A stretch of DNA of 24,909 nt, taken from a virus. Taxonomy: Duplodnaviria; Heunggongvirae; Uroviricota; Caudoviricetes. Positions within the stretch are counted from its first letter, which is position 1, and every line of letters begins with the position of its first letter. The notes below the pieces were generated by a model. That model was not told the DNA's origin and made no database searches. It saw only the letters and a list, made by a program, of their open reading frames with translations. This document shows positions 1 to 11,031 of the stretch, in pieces. A program made the translations under genes and the position numbers. The stretch lies in IMG/VR virus record IMGVR_UViG_3300023371_000071, one strand, 5' to 3'.

Positions 1-3000
1 TCTGAAACCCATGCAGTAGAATCTTCCAATAAAGTTGCCAAATTACCTTCTGAAAAAATGCCTAAAATGTCACCGCCATAAATATCTGCCAATGCACTCT
101 AATGCTGTGCAAACACAGCTTGCCCTTCTTCGGTTTGGTAATATGCTAACTCTTCTCCTGTAAGGACATCCATATTACCTTTTGATAAATATAATTTCTA
201 TAATACAGGATCTGCAGTTGCGTAACTAGAAATTAAAGGACTTATATACTACTCTGGATTATTCATAATATCAGTAAGAGTAGGCATAGATAATAATGAC
301 GTAATAGGAATTAATAAATCTTCGACGTCTTCTGACAAAGATTTAATTGTAATCATACCAGACTCTTTATCATAATTATCCATTAATTTGTCTGTTGTCC
401 AATCATATTGACTAATATCATAATCGCTATTGGTTGCGAGATAATCTCGATATGATAATAAATAACCACCCATTTGAGCCCAATCTTGTGCTTCTGCATC
501 AGGCACCCAATTCTCAGGTAAAGAATTTACTAAAATTTCTTCTAATTTATATGGGAGAGCAGTCTATAGCCATTTCATTGTATCTGCATCATATTTAGCA
601 GTTTTATTATTGTCATTTAATAAATAATTAGCTAAAATGCCATATTGTGCAGGCTACCAAAGAGCATCAGCCCTTGCTTTAGCTGCCCCTTGTGCAAACA
701 CAGTATCTGTATTTACAGTTAAAACACCTGTATCTGTTAAAGCTCCTACAAAAGCGTTTGGATCAAAAACACTGCCATATTGAGCAGATGGATCCATCCA
801 TAAATGAAGCTATTGCTCTAATGCGTAAGGTAAATGTCCATTGTTTAAATAATCTAAAACTGCTTCTCCGGCATTTTTATATGTTTTATCATATTGTGTA
901 CTTGCCCAAGTTAAAGCTTCAGTAACAACAGTATTAATTAACGCTCTTTGATCATATTCATAATCATCGCCACTAAGAGTCTTAAAAAACTTGTCGCCAT
1001 CTGCGCTGTTTAATAACCATTGAATCGCTTCATAATTTTCAACAGACCAGCCTTGTGTTGTGTCATAACCAACCTCTTGTGCATCCTCAGGAGTTAAATT
1101 ATGTCTAGTTTCTCCCGATGGACTAGTAAAAGTTGTAGCATATTCAGGCTTAAAAGCGGTACCATATGGATTTGCCCAACCTAATATATATGGCAAAGAA
1201 CTTTCTCGTGATCCAAGTGCCTCTAATCCCGGAAAAGCTTCTTGTAAAATTTCAGGAATTATTTCTGAAGTAGTTTCCCACTTAATAGCTCCAAATAACA
1301 TAGAATGCTTAGTAGTTTTTGTTTCAGTATTAGTTAAAACATTTCCTGAAGCTCCCGCCATTTCAGCACGTCTTTCTTGCGCAATTTCCAATTGACGCAT
1401 GGATGATTCTCCTAACGCTGACCAAGCATACTGCATACCTAAATTACGTTGTTCAACTTCTAAGGCTCTAGAGACCAATAGATCCATATTAATCAAGCCA
1501 TTATCATCATATAAAGAACTTAAATCAAAATTATCTCCAAAATATTTTATTGGATCTTTTAATATCTTCCCCAATAAAGGATATGCACTTAATAATTCTA
1601 AAGTCGCAGACTAAACATTACTTAATGCTTGATACCATGCTGAAGTTCCTTCAGTGCAATTATCTAATGCTTCTCTAACACTTGTATAAGAATCAAAATC
1701 ATCTTCTAAAGAAGATATTTTATTTTTAGTATTGGTAATTGCTGTGCTTAACTCTTCAACCTAAGATTTTAAATTTTGCAAATTTTCATCTACACTCATA
1801 GGCTTTTCGACTTCTTTTCTAAAAGCAACGAATGCACCTACAACTAAAGCCAATGCTCCTACAATTAAAGTTAATGGCCAAATTGCAGTATTTAATGCAA
1901 CACCAAAACCTGTGACTGCATGTGTTGCACCAGCCGCGCCTGCTCCAACCGCAGCCGTTCCTGCCGCGCCAGCAGCTCCAGCAGCAGGCAATAGTGACAT
2001 TACGCCGATTAAGCCTTGACTGATAGAAACAAGAGTCATTACAGTTGTAATAACAAATCCTAAAATTGCATCGAATTTTTCCCAGCCAGACACTTCAGGA
2101 TCTTTTAATGTGTCAACTAAACCCTTAAAAGAATTAATTAAACCATAAATTGATTCAAGACTTCCTGCAATATCTAAAACTGCATTTAAATTTTTAGATG
2201 TTTTTTGTGCGGCTTGAGCAAAAGCTTGTTCCATCTTTTCGCCAGCTTCTTCTGCATCTTTACCCAGTTTATCTAATTTAGATCCACCTTTTTCCCATTC
2301 TTGGAATAACTCTTCAAAACGGCTTTTTAATTCTGGTGGTACCATATTTAAAATAATCGCTTTAATTTTTGGTACATTTTTAGATAATTTCGCTTCAGCC
2401 TTAGACATACCTTCAGAAATTAAATTAAATAATTGTTCAATTTCTGCTTTTGTTTTATCCCCAGCAAAAGCTTCTTCTAATGATCCAGCGTTGCCTTTAA
2501 TTTTCGCAACTTGACCATTAATTAATTTACTACCTGTTTCTTGTCCAATTCGTTCTAATTCTTTAGCATATTGCAATAGATCTTTTAGAATTTCAGCATC
2601 ACTACGATTAGATGCAAATAATTCTGGTGCTTCAATTGTTCCAAAAGTTTGTTCAATTTGTTTTCCCATATTTTTAACATCTCCAAAAGCTGTAACCAAT
2701 GTCTAAGCAGAAGAAACCGCCTAATCAAATGTTAAATTTTCTAAATCCTTAAAACCTAATTTAGTAAAACTAGAACCAAGCTCTTGTGCAAGCTAAGATA
2801 CGGTTTTTTCAAGTTCTTTAGTGGAAGTAGCATCTGTTGTAAACTTAACTTTAATATCAGCCGCATCCACTAAAAATTTTTTATTTGCTTCTTCTGTAAA
2901 TTTTTTCTTTTCTCGCGCATTTAAATAAGCATAATCCTTATTCTATTTATGAGCTCTAGCTTTAGCTTCTTGACTTACTACTTCATCTACTAATGAAGAT

Positions 3001-4856
3001 TTTTCTTTTTTCATGTTAGTCTGACGTTTTTGCTCTAATTGCATTAACTCATTTAATGCAGCAATTTGTTCTTGATAAGCTGAAATTACTGCTTTAGCTT
3101 GCGCAATTTGTCCTTCTGACATATTTTTTGATGCAACTAATAATTGATCTTTTTTCTCAGAAACTTTTAAAGCTGCATTAATTTGCATATCTTGTGATGG
3201 ATCTAATACTGAACTATCTTTCTAAATTTTTTGTAACTCTTGACGCATCTGCGCTGAATTTTGTAAAAATCTAGTTTGTTCATTCATTCCAGTAAATGCG
3301 TCTTTAATTTTTGTAGTAATTTTTGTAATACCGTTTGCAATATCATCACTAAAAGCTTGAGTTAATGCACCACCAACAGTTCCGATAATACCAGCGACAC
3401 CGCCCATACCATCAATTAAGCCGCCAAGAGTAGTTACAATTTTTTCAATTGCATTAGTCACTCCGACCAAAGCTTTATCATTAATTAAACTACTAAAAAT
3501 TTTTTCCCAGGCTGCTTGAACTCTTCTGGATGCTGCCTCCCAAGATTCTGCTGCAATATCTGCCATTTCTTGTAAAGAACCTTCCGCATTTGTTGCAATA
3601 GACATATTGGACTTATACATAGAAGAATTTTCCATTAAGGCCATCCATTGAGTATATTGTCGTTTACCGGCAATCACTTGTGCTATAGCAGTTTGCTCTG
3701 CTCGTCCCATTTCTCCCCATTTGGCCATTAAATCTTCAATAATTGTTCCCATATCTCTCAATTCGCCGTTAGCATCTAAAATAGATACACCAACTTTTTC
3801 TAATTGAGAAGATACTTGTCCAAGATTTACCCCGTCTTCTAATGTCTCTCCAAGTTTCAAATCACCAATACGAGCAAAAATTGTTTTAAATGCAGTACCA
3901 ATAGATTCTGCGGATTCACGAGTAACAGAACTAACTGTAGCAATAATGGAAGAAACTTGCTCCATTGATACACCAACTGTATTAGAAGTTGCAGCTACTT
4001 TTTGCATAGAAGTTGCAATTTCTTCTAAGCTAGTGGCGGTTTTTGCACCAAGGGCTGCCATAATATCTACATATCGTTCAAGTTCATCAGCACCGACTTG
4101 ATAAGAGTTCCATACTGCAGTTAAATATTCTGACATTTCTTGTGCAGAAGTATTAAAACTTGAATTAGCTGCCTTAATTGTAATTGCTGCTTTTTTAGCT
4201 ACCTATTCTGCACTATCGCCCTATTGAAAATAAATCAAAGATGCATCAGCATATGCTTTAGTGGTTGTAGATAATTCTCTCGCCGCGCGATTAGCCTATA
4301 CAGCAAATCGAGACATATCTTCTGCACTTTGTCCAGTAACAATACGAATATTTGTTAAAGAACTATTTAAATCTTTTACATAGGACACAGCTCCAGATAA
4401 TGCACTTTCTAAACCATGTACCATTGTAGAAGATAATTCCCATTTTACTGTATTTTTTAAAGTCTGTCCCCATGCAGCTAATGTGCTATTCATGCGCTTA
4501 ATTGGTACTTCTGCACTGGCAATAACAGAAGCCAATTGTGAAAAAGCTGCTTGACCAGTTTGTCCTGCATCTAATAAAGCATTGCCTAATTGAGTAACAG
4601 ATGTGCCAGCTTTATTTAAACTATTAACAAATGTGTTAAGATTTAATTCACCAGTATTTACATTAGTAGCCTCTTGTAAATGCTTTTTTAAATCTTGCGC
4701 AGCTTCAGAAGCTTTTTTAAGTGCTGAATCTGAAATTGCTACTTCCAAATCCACAGTTGACACTTTATTTAAGCTTTTTTGTAATTCACTTAAAGCTTTT
4801 TTAGCCTAAGAGGTGTCAGCATTAAATTGTAATGTAAACTATCTGTTTCCAGCCAT
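1..4856 (-). CDS. Tape measure protein (3' end beyond window, >1618 aa, 18 in-frame TAG)
   Basis: Six ORF-track fragments (4296, 3222, 2943, 1761, 810, 249) share one frame and each ends in TAG. The hand-translated gaps contain no TAA/TGA. ATG at 4856 has an AGGAG SD. The protein has a TP901-type TMP core (ANRAARELSTTTKAYADASLIYFQ*G...LEEIATSMQKVAA...IGTAFKTIFARI) and Ala/Gly-rich hydrophobic segments at about 1830-2090. TAGs at 4839, 4806, 4296, 4221, 4203, 3222, 2943, 2793, 2721, 2703, 1761, 1611, 810, 654, 564, 249, 198, 99. Confidence 0.93.
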
Positions 4857-4877
4857 TTACACAATCTCCTTTCTCTC

Positions 4878-4912
4878 AAAAAAGCCTGACACAAATATTG
4901 TGTCAGGCTTTT
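4878..4912 (-). terminator. Intrinsic terminator between the 174-aa gene and tape measure gene
   Basis: Perfect 10-bp stem GCCTGACACA/TGTGTCAGGC (4884-4893/4899-4908) followed on the minus strand by T6. Confidence 0.85.
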
Positions 4913-4945
4913 CTCCTAATCTCTATCAAAGTTTATTTAAATAAA

Positions 4946-5470
4946 TTAACCAATCTTATCAAGAATATCCTTCACTAATCCAATCTTATCAGGTTGATCA
5001 AGTGTTTTCATAATCTCTTCAACATTCAATTTAGTAGCATCATAATCATTAGTTACAGTTTTCATCATTCCAACAAAAGAATTCAAATACTTAACAGTAT
5101 GCTCCGCACAATCTTCAATCGCATCAAAAATAGCATCATATTCATCTTCGGGAATTGCAGCAATAACATGATCAAGAACTTCATTAATCATTAATAGATC
5201 ATAAGTATTCGGAGCATTTTCTATCATCTTATCAGTAATAGAAATATTTGTATAAGTTTTTACAATTTCAAGAATTGCATAAACTTCTAAACGAACAGGA
5301 TTCAAAAATCCAGTATCGTCAATAGTCAAATTCAATACTCGCTCAACAAGAGCAAGCTTATCATTTACAGGAAGATACTGAATGACTTCAACTTCCTGTT
5401 CACCAATCTTAATAGTCTGTGGATCAACCTTCTTAATAGGGGTGACCGCTTTCAAAGAAACTTTAGCCAT
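4946..5470 (-). CDS. Hypothetical protein, 174 aa; tail assembly chaperone candidate
   Basis: Clean ORF with AGGAG SD, ATG start, TAA stop and no TAG. The chaperone call rests only on its position directly upstream of the TMP. Confidence 0.7.
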   Translation of the reverse strand: MAKVSLKAVTPIKKVDPQTIKIGEQEVEVIQYLPVNDKLALVERVLNLTIDDTGFLNPVRLEVYAILEIVKTYTNISITDKMIENAPNTYDLLMINEVLDHVIAAIPEDEYDAIFDAIEDCAEHTVKYLNSFVGMMKTVTNDYDATKLNVEEIMKTLDQPDKIGLVKDILDKIG

Positions 5471-5503
5471 GCTAATCTCTCCTTTTTCTCATTTTATGTA
5501 TAT

Positions 5504-5532
5504 ATTATACCAGAAAATTTTTTGTTTGTCAA
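5504..5532 (-). promoter_or_regulatory. Consensus sigma70/sigmaA promoter for the 174-aa gene
   Basis: TTGACA-17 nt-TATAAT with extended -10 TG (TTGACAAACAAAAAATTTTCTGGTATAAT). Confidence 0.85.
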
Positions 5533-5538
5533 GTTAAA

Positions 5539-6816
5539 TCATCGCGTTCGTCCAATCTAATCTAATATACTTTCTAAATCTGCTAATTCAGATTCAATAA
5601 GCTATACAATCTAATTTCGTTTAGGTCCTATTATTGTTGCTGAAAATTGTCGAGCCCAATACTACTTTTCTTCTAAATCCATTTTGGCTTCAAAATCTTT
5701 GATACGTAATGCAAATTTATATACAGTTTCCATACCCGCCGCGGATGCGCCATTACTCTTTACGCCATAATAAATAGTTTTACCATTAATATCTACTCCG
5801 CCTTCAATATCTTCTGATAAGAAACCTGGAGCATTATCTACTTGATGTAACCATCCTCGTACAAAATCATCAATGCGCTCATCCCAATTGCCATGATTAG
5901 GTTTTAAAAAATCTGGCATAATGTCAACTGGATTTTTTAAATTGGGATTATTCATAAGCCTTGTGCTAAAAGTTACTAAAATATTTGCATAAGTTTCTGC
6001 TAAATCACCTAAAGAGCTGATTTCTACTTTATTCCATTCTCCGCCAATTTTCCACATTAAAAGATTAGTGCCTTTATCTTGCGCAATTTCCATTCTACGA
6101 GATAACTCATCATAAAATGCGGTTAATTGAGTCCCAATAGTTTCTAAAGCTTTATCTATTAAAGTAAAATGTTTGCCATCTGAATCTTTAATAGTTTTAA
6201 CACGAGCGGTTGCACGACCACCATGACTCAAAGAAGCAAAGTCTGTATATAAATATTTTTCACTAAATTCTTTTGCATTACCCAATAAACGAATATCCAC
6301 AGTGCCTTTTTTACCTTTAACAACATACAAATATTCAATACGTCTATTCACTAAATCTAATAGTGCATTTTGAAACTCATTACGTGCCTATTCAGCAGTT
6401 AATAATAGTTTATCAATTGTTCTTTGTTTGCCTTCTAATACACGTAACTTTTGTCGCTGTGCTTCTGCTTCTTTTTTTATATTTAATAATTGTTCCATAG
6501 CTTCTCTGCCAGAATCATCCAAAGATAACTCACCAGACTAATATGCTCTAATTGTATTAATACGGATTTTTGCTATACCAGTGCGCTTCTAAGTTTCTGT
6601 TAATTGTGTCATATATTTAGAAGCTATAGCATTATATTCACTCACAGCTGCATCTAATACCTGATAAGCATCTACAAATAATTTAGCTTTTTCGCGTAAT
6701 ACCTATCCTTGTATATTATTTTCATCTACTAAAGCGTCAGAAGCTTTTGATAAAATATCAATAATATCATCTGCCGCTTTTTGGGCTGCTTCTGTTATAA
6801 AACTATATTTTCCCAT
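5539..6816 (-). CDS. Hypothetical protein, 425 aa (8 in-frame TAG)
   Basis: ATG 6816 with AAGGAG SD. The frame is open to TGA at 5539 except TAG at 6703, 6589, 6538, 6388, 5662, 5611, 5602, 5557. It contains the 229-aa ORF-track fragment, and the N-terminal half looks helical or coiled-coil. Confidence 0.85.
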
Positions 6817-6829
6817 AGTCAATTACTCC

Positions 6830-7363
6830 TTAAGACAAAGGCTTAATTTGATCTTCTACTCCATGTACGGCATCATAAGTTGCAGACAATCCGCATAATT
6901 CACTATTCATATTTAAACCAGAACAAATTCTTAATGTAACTTCTCCAATTCCAGTTAGCTTTTGACCATTTAACATAGCATCAATTTCGCCCATAATTTT
7001 ATAAGGACGTAAAGCAAAATCACCAAGATTCCAGTGATCTGGATGACATAAAACTTTAATTTCAATTGCACAATCTCTAAATTCAGGATTAGTGTCATTT
7101 GGCATAAAATCAGTCATAGATACAATAATATAATTAGGACATTCTTTATCAATAAAAATCCAAGGCACAATTTTAATTTGCTTATTGATCATAGACAATT
7201 TTTGTGCCATGGTTAAATTTTCTGCTTTTAAACAATCTTTTTCAGTATAATAAAGCAGTTTACATAATCTATCATTGTTTAGAATTTTATTAATAATGAT
7301 CGATAAATCTTTATCTACAGATAAAAAACTGGATTTTGGGAAAAAATTTTGTCCGACTTTCAT
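6830..7363 (-). CDS. Putative tail completion/terminator protein, 177 aa
   Basis: Clean ORF with AAGGAG SD and TAA stop. Size and position next to the tail tube gene fit a tail-completion protein; the function is inferred. Confidence 0.6.
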   Translation of the reverse strand: MKVGQNFFPKSSFLSVDKDLSIIINKILNNDRLCKLLYYTEKDCLKAENLTMAQKLSMINKQIKIVPWIFIDKECPNYIIVSMTDFMPNDTNPEFRDCAIEIKVLCHPDHWNLGDFALRPYKIMGEIDAMLNGQKLTGIGEVTLRICSGLNMNSELCGLSATYDAVHGVEDQIKPLS

Positions 7364-7387
7364 ATATCATTCTCCTTTTTCGCAAAT

Positions 7388-7426
7388 AAAAAAAAGGGAG
7401 ATACTAACCGAAGTTAGTATCTCCCT
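7388..7426 (-). terminator. Strong intrinsic terminator after the major tail gene
   Basis: 14-bp perfect stem AGGGAGATACTAAC/GTTAGTATCTCCCT closed by a C(UUCG)G tetraloop on the minus strand, followed by a T run. Confidence 0.92.
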
Positions 7427-7445
7427 ATATTGTCATAGTATTAAA

Positions 7446-8378
7446 TTATTCTTGTGCTTCATCCAACTGACCGAAGATACCAGCATCTTCAACGATCTGA
7501 AGAGCAGCAATAACCTTCTTGGTCTTGTCAAACTTGGTATAATCCGGGAAAGCATCCATGGTAAAGGTGAAGGTGGAAGGATCACCGGTAGGAGCCATGG
7601 TGAAGGTGAAGTTAGACTGAACCTTGCAGTTTGGAATAATGAACTCTGCAGGGAAGTCATCACCAGTTGCCTGATCACGGAACAAGGTAGAAGCTTCAAG
7701 ATAGTAAGAACCACCGAACTTACCAGCTTCAATATCAATCTGCTTTACGCCCTTAGCAGCTTCGATGTAGTAGTCAACATAAAGAATGTCGCCTTCTGCA
7801 ACAGTAGGAGCGTTCTGAGTGGGTAGCTTCAATTCAATATGACGAGCATCCTGATTGTAAGCGGTAGCCCAGTTATCAAGAACATCCTGAATAACCATTT
7901 CTGCACCAATATCAGTAGAAGCAATCTGCATAGGTAGCTTAGAAGCATCAATAGAGCCGTCCTCAGTCATGAGCATGATATACATTTCACCCTGATTAGA
8001 AGGCTTCTTCTCAAGCTTAACCTTTAGAGCGCCACCATCATTAACAACTTCCAACTGTTCGGTAGCATGAACATAAATCTTCTCATCATCAGAAGCATCC
8101 ATGAAACCAGCACCAGAAAGAATGGAGAAGCTCTCAGGAGAAATCAAAGCATCTTCCATAGTAAAGGTTACAACGCGGTCGCCTTCCCAAGCTACCAAGC
8201 GAGGATTACCTTTACCACCCTGAGCATAAACAGTAGTAGCAGTACCTTCAAGACTGGAAGTCTTCAAGGTATCGAAATAAAGAACAGGCATGTTCTTATC
8301 CAAATAAAGCTTACCGAAATAACCGCCGGCCTTCTTCTTTAGCACAACGTCACAAATTTCGCGTACACCAAATTTCAT
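7446..8378 (-). CDS. Major tail (tube) protein, 310 aa
   Basis: Beta-rich tube-like motifs (TTVYAQGGKGNPRLVAWEGDRVVTFTMEDAL; SNFTFTMAPTGDPSTFTFTMDAF), AAGGAGG SD, high-expression codon style, strong downstream terminator, no TAG. Confidence 0.8.
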   Translation of the reverse strand: MKFGVREICDVVLKKKAGGYFGKLYLDKNMPVLYFDTLKTSSLEGTATTVYAQGGKGNPRLVAWEGDRVVTFTMEDALISPESFSILSGAGFMDASDDEKIYVHATEQLEVVNDGGALKVKLEKKPSNQGEMYIMLMTEDGSIDASKLPMQIASTDIGAEMVIQDVLDNWATAYNQDARHIELKLPTQNAPTVAEGDILYVDYYIEAAKGVKQIDIEAGKFGGSYYLEASTLFRDQATGDDFPAEFIIPNCKVQSNFTFTMAPTGDPSTFTFTMDAFPDYTKFDKTKKVIAALQIVEDAGIFGQLDEAQE

Positions 8379-8403
8379 AGGTTTTTTCCTCCTTAAAATT
8401 CAA

Positions 8404-9150
8404 TTAATGGATATTTTTCATCCAATCATTGGGCTTGCCATCGGGTTTACCTCCGGCCAAGCGAGACCGTATGTCTAAATCCCAACTAATCCATAAGCCA
8501 TATCGTTCAATTAAATCATATAGCTAATAAACAGTTAGATCTAAACACTTATCTAGACTCATTGAATTTAATCCAATAGTAAGAATAGATACATAACGAG
8601 CTAACACGCTTCCTTCCCCTTCTCCTCGTAGCTGGGCTGCTCTCTAACGACCTTTCATTAGCTTGGCCGCAATTTGAGCGGCTCGCTCATTAGCAGGGTT
8701 GAAATTAGAATTCTATCCACCCGCAGTATTATTCATACCAGCCATATTTGTTAATACAGCCTAAAAAGCATCAAAATTATTTTCATCTAAAACAAAGTGG
8801 TGCTAAGTTTCAGCATTATTAAAATAGATGCTATGAGGAAGAAATTGAGCGGTATACCCAGGAAAAAGTAATACAAACATTGAAATCATTGCATTTCGTT
8901 TTTCATTTACGTTTTTCATTTCTGGGTCTGTTACCAACGTCATAAATATCTAAAAATTATTCATAGCCTATAGAGCAGAACTGCCCTATGGGTTTGCAGC
9001 TATGATTATCTATTTATTGAAGCATAGTATTTGTAACGATGAAAAATACTATTCTTCGCCTAAGAAAGAAATTTCTCTAATAGTTGGCTAATGTAAACTT
9101 GTACCTAATTCTGGAATTGGGATATCGGTTCCAGCCATTAACTGCAACAT
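8404..9150 (-). CDS. Hypothetical morphogenesis-region protein, 248 aa (11 in-frame TAG; absent from the ORF track)
   Basis: ATG 9150 with GGAGG SD. Hand translation MLQLMAGTDIPIPELGTSLH*PTIREISFLGEE*...LYDLIERYGLWISWDLDIRSRLAGGKPDGKPNDWMKNIH, TAA at 8404. It fills the 8379-9165 gap almost exactly. TAGs at 9088, 9049, 9010, 8986, 8968, 8950, 8803, 8761, 8713, 8644, 8524. Confidence 0.88.
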
Positions 9151-9165
9151 GCATACCCCTCCCTC

Positions 9166-10110
9166 TTAAAACAGCGATTCAACAACAACTGTTTTTACAA
9201 GAGGTCCATAATGAATTTCAAATTGTCCACTAACCATCGCGGTCCATTGAACAGTTAACACATTTTTATCTGTGCTCCAAGTTAATACATCAGCAACCTC
9301 TTTATTATCAGAAGCTAACGTAATATACCAATAGCAATCGGGATCAATAAGATTAGAGGTATAAGATACACTTTGCAAAGGTTTAATAAATGTTTCTCCA
9401 GAAATTTGCGGCGCCAATGGTGCCTCAACCTCTTTATTGGGATCAACAACCTCTACAAGCAATTCATCATGATGACAATCATAATCTTCTTCTGCAGTCA
9501 CTTCCAATACTCCTGGTGTACTAATAGCATCAGGAGCTTGCACCATCCAAGTGCGTCCCGCAAATGAAAATCTACAGTAGCGCTCAAATAATTGTCGATT
9601 TTTTTCTGTATTTGGTACATAAAAAACTAATGACATATTCGGCACATCTGCAACAATACCAGCCTTTTGAATTGTATTAATTTTAGTTTCAACTGGTCCT
9701 CTAATTGAGCCATAGATTGTTAATTTATCTCCAGTGTCTGGATCTTCTACTTCAATCTCTTGGCATCGTCTAATATTGCCCCTAAAGTAGGCTAACTCCG
9801 TTAACTCTTGTTTAAGAATAATCCAATGGATATGAGAATCCTTTGGCCATTCAAAAGTATCACCCGGCTTAAAGTCATGTTTCCAATCGACCGATACAAT
9901 TTTTTCATCATAGTCAAATTTCACTTTATCCGGATTGATTAATGCCCTACACCATTCAGCATCTTCTGCATCTTTTCTAATCCAACCAGATTGATAAGAA
10001 TACAAAAGTGCACGATGAAAAGAGCGTTCTTTATCTCGAATCATGCGCTCACGCTGGCGATCATTATTCGCGTAAATCGCACGAATTCGCATTCTATCTA
10101 AATTATCCAT
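9166..10110 (-). CDS. Putative head closure/neck protein, 314 aa
   Basis: Clean ORF with TAA stop and no TAG. It lies between the adaptor and tail genes and has a beta-rich, possibly Ig-like, C-terminus. The function is inferred from synteny. Confidence 0.6.
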   Translation of the reverse strand: MDNLDRMRIRAIYANNDRQRERMIRDKERSFHRALLYSYQSGWIRKDAEDAEWCRALINPDKVKFDYDEKIVSVDWKHDFKPGDTFEWPKDSHIHWIILKQELTELAYFRGNIRRCQEIEVEDPDTGDKLTIYGSIRGPVETKINTIQKAGIVADVPNMSLVFYVPNTEKNRQLFERYCRFSFAGRTWMVQAPDAISTPGVLEVTAEEDYDCHHDELLVEVVDPNKEVEAPLAPQISGETFIKPLQSVSYTSNLIDPDCYWYITLASDNKEVADVLTWSTDKNVLTVQWTAMVSGQFEIHYGPLVKTVVVESLF

Positions 10111-10393
10111 CCAATAAAGAGTTAGCTAATTCAGTTAATAAAGAAATAGAACTAAATACAGCTACTCTATATGTCATAAAATCTGTGGTCTGCGGCAAAC
10201 CTTCTAATTTCGATAAAAGAATTAAAAGATTCAATTGATCGCCAAACATTGCCTATAGACCATACAATTCATTCAAAACAGAGCCTAATTGCTTTTGCCA
10301 ATCCTCATTATTTTCTCGCATTGGTAGCAATTTCCAAACTTGGTTTATTAAACGTCTTAAATCTTTATTGAGAGTTTCATTAGAAAAAATCAT
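10103..10393 (-). CDS. Hypothetical protein, 96 aa (1 in-frame TAG; absent from the ORF track)
   Basis: ATG overlaps the upstream TGA (ATGA). MIFSNETLNKDLRRLINQVWKLLPMRENNEDWQKQLGSVLNELYGL*AMFGDQ...LANSLLDG, TAG at 10253, TAA at 10103 overlapping the next start region. Confidence 0.8.
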
Positions 10394-11028
10394 TTTCCAA
10401 TTGCCTCCCATCCCCACATATCATCACAGTTACAATCTTCTGTGTTAGAAGTTTTATCACTAGTGATTGGGATCCAGTCTGGATCATCGCAATCGCAATT
10501 AATATTGCCATTTACATTAGAACCAGTACCAGTACCCACTGTTGTGGAAGTGGTAGCACCTCCATCAAATACACTTTGTCTGAAGATACTCCAATTAGAT
10601 TCAATTCTACCATCACTGGTATTTCTACGACGTTTATATAAACGTTGTGCGTGAGTTGACTCACGCACATTCTCTGATTTTAATTGTAATAGTTTAGATA
10701 AATGATTGGCTTGAGAAGTCATTTTGAAGTCTGAACCAGAATACTTCATTCGAGTATTCTCAATAGAATTGATCTATCGCTCAAGCCAAGCAGTTTTCAT
10801 CAAAAGAGCTAAAATATGAATTTCTTCAATCGTTAGATCGACATTATACTGTTCCAGCTCTTCGTCGTAGTTATACAATTGAAAACGAGGAAATTCAAAA
10901 AATGGGATGGCATCCAATAGAAACTGTTTTACATCACGCAAAGTATCTTCATAGGTCAACTCAAGATACATATCATCTGTAATCTTGCCGAAGAATCTAT
11001 TATAGATAGTTTCAAAGGATGTTGCCAT
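10390..11028 (-). CDS. Putative head-tail adaptor/connector, 212 aa (1 in-frame TAG)
   Basis: The 84-aa and 119-aa fragments share one frame and are joined through TAG 10774 (AWLER*INSIENTRMKYSGSDFKMTSQANHL). GGAGG SD, TGA stop, helical adaptor-like N-terminus two genes downstream of the MCP. Confidence 0.75.
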
Positions 11029-11031
11029 TGA

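Noticed and set aside
4860-5000. Programmed -1 frameshift (lambda G/GT type) at the end of the presumed chaperone gene
   Set aside because: I saw no slippery heptamer with a downstream open frame, and a terminator follows within about 35 nt.
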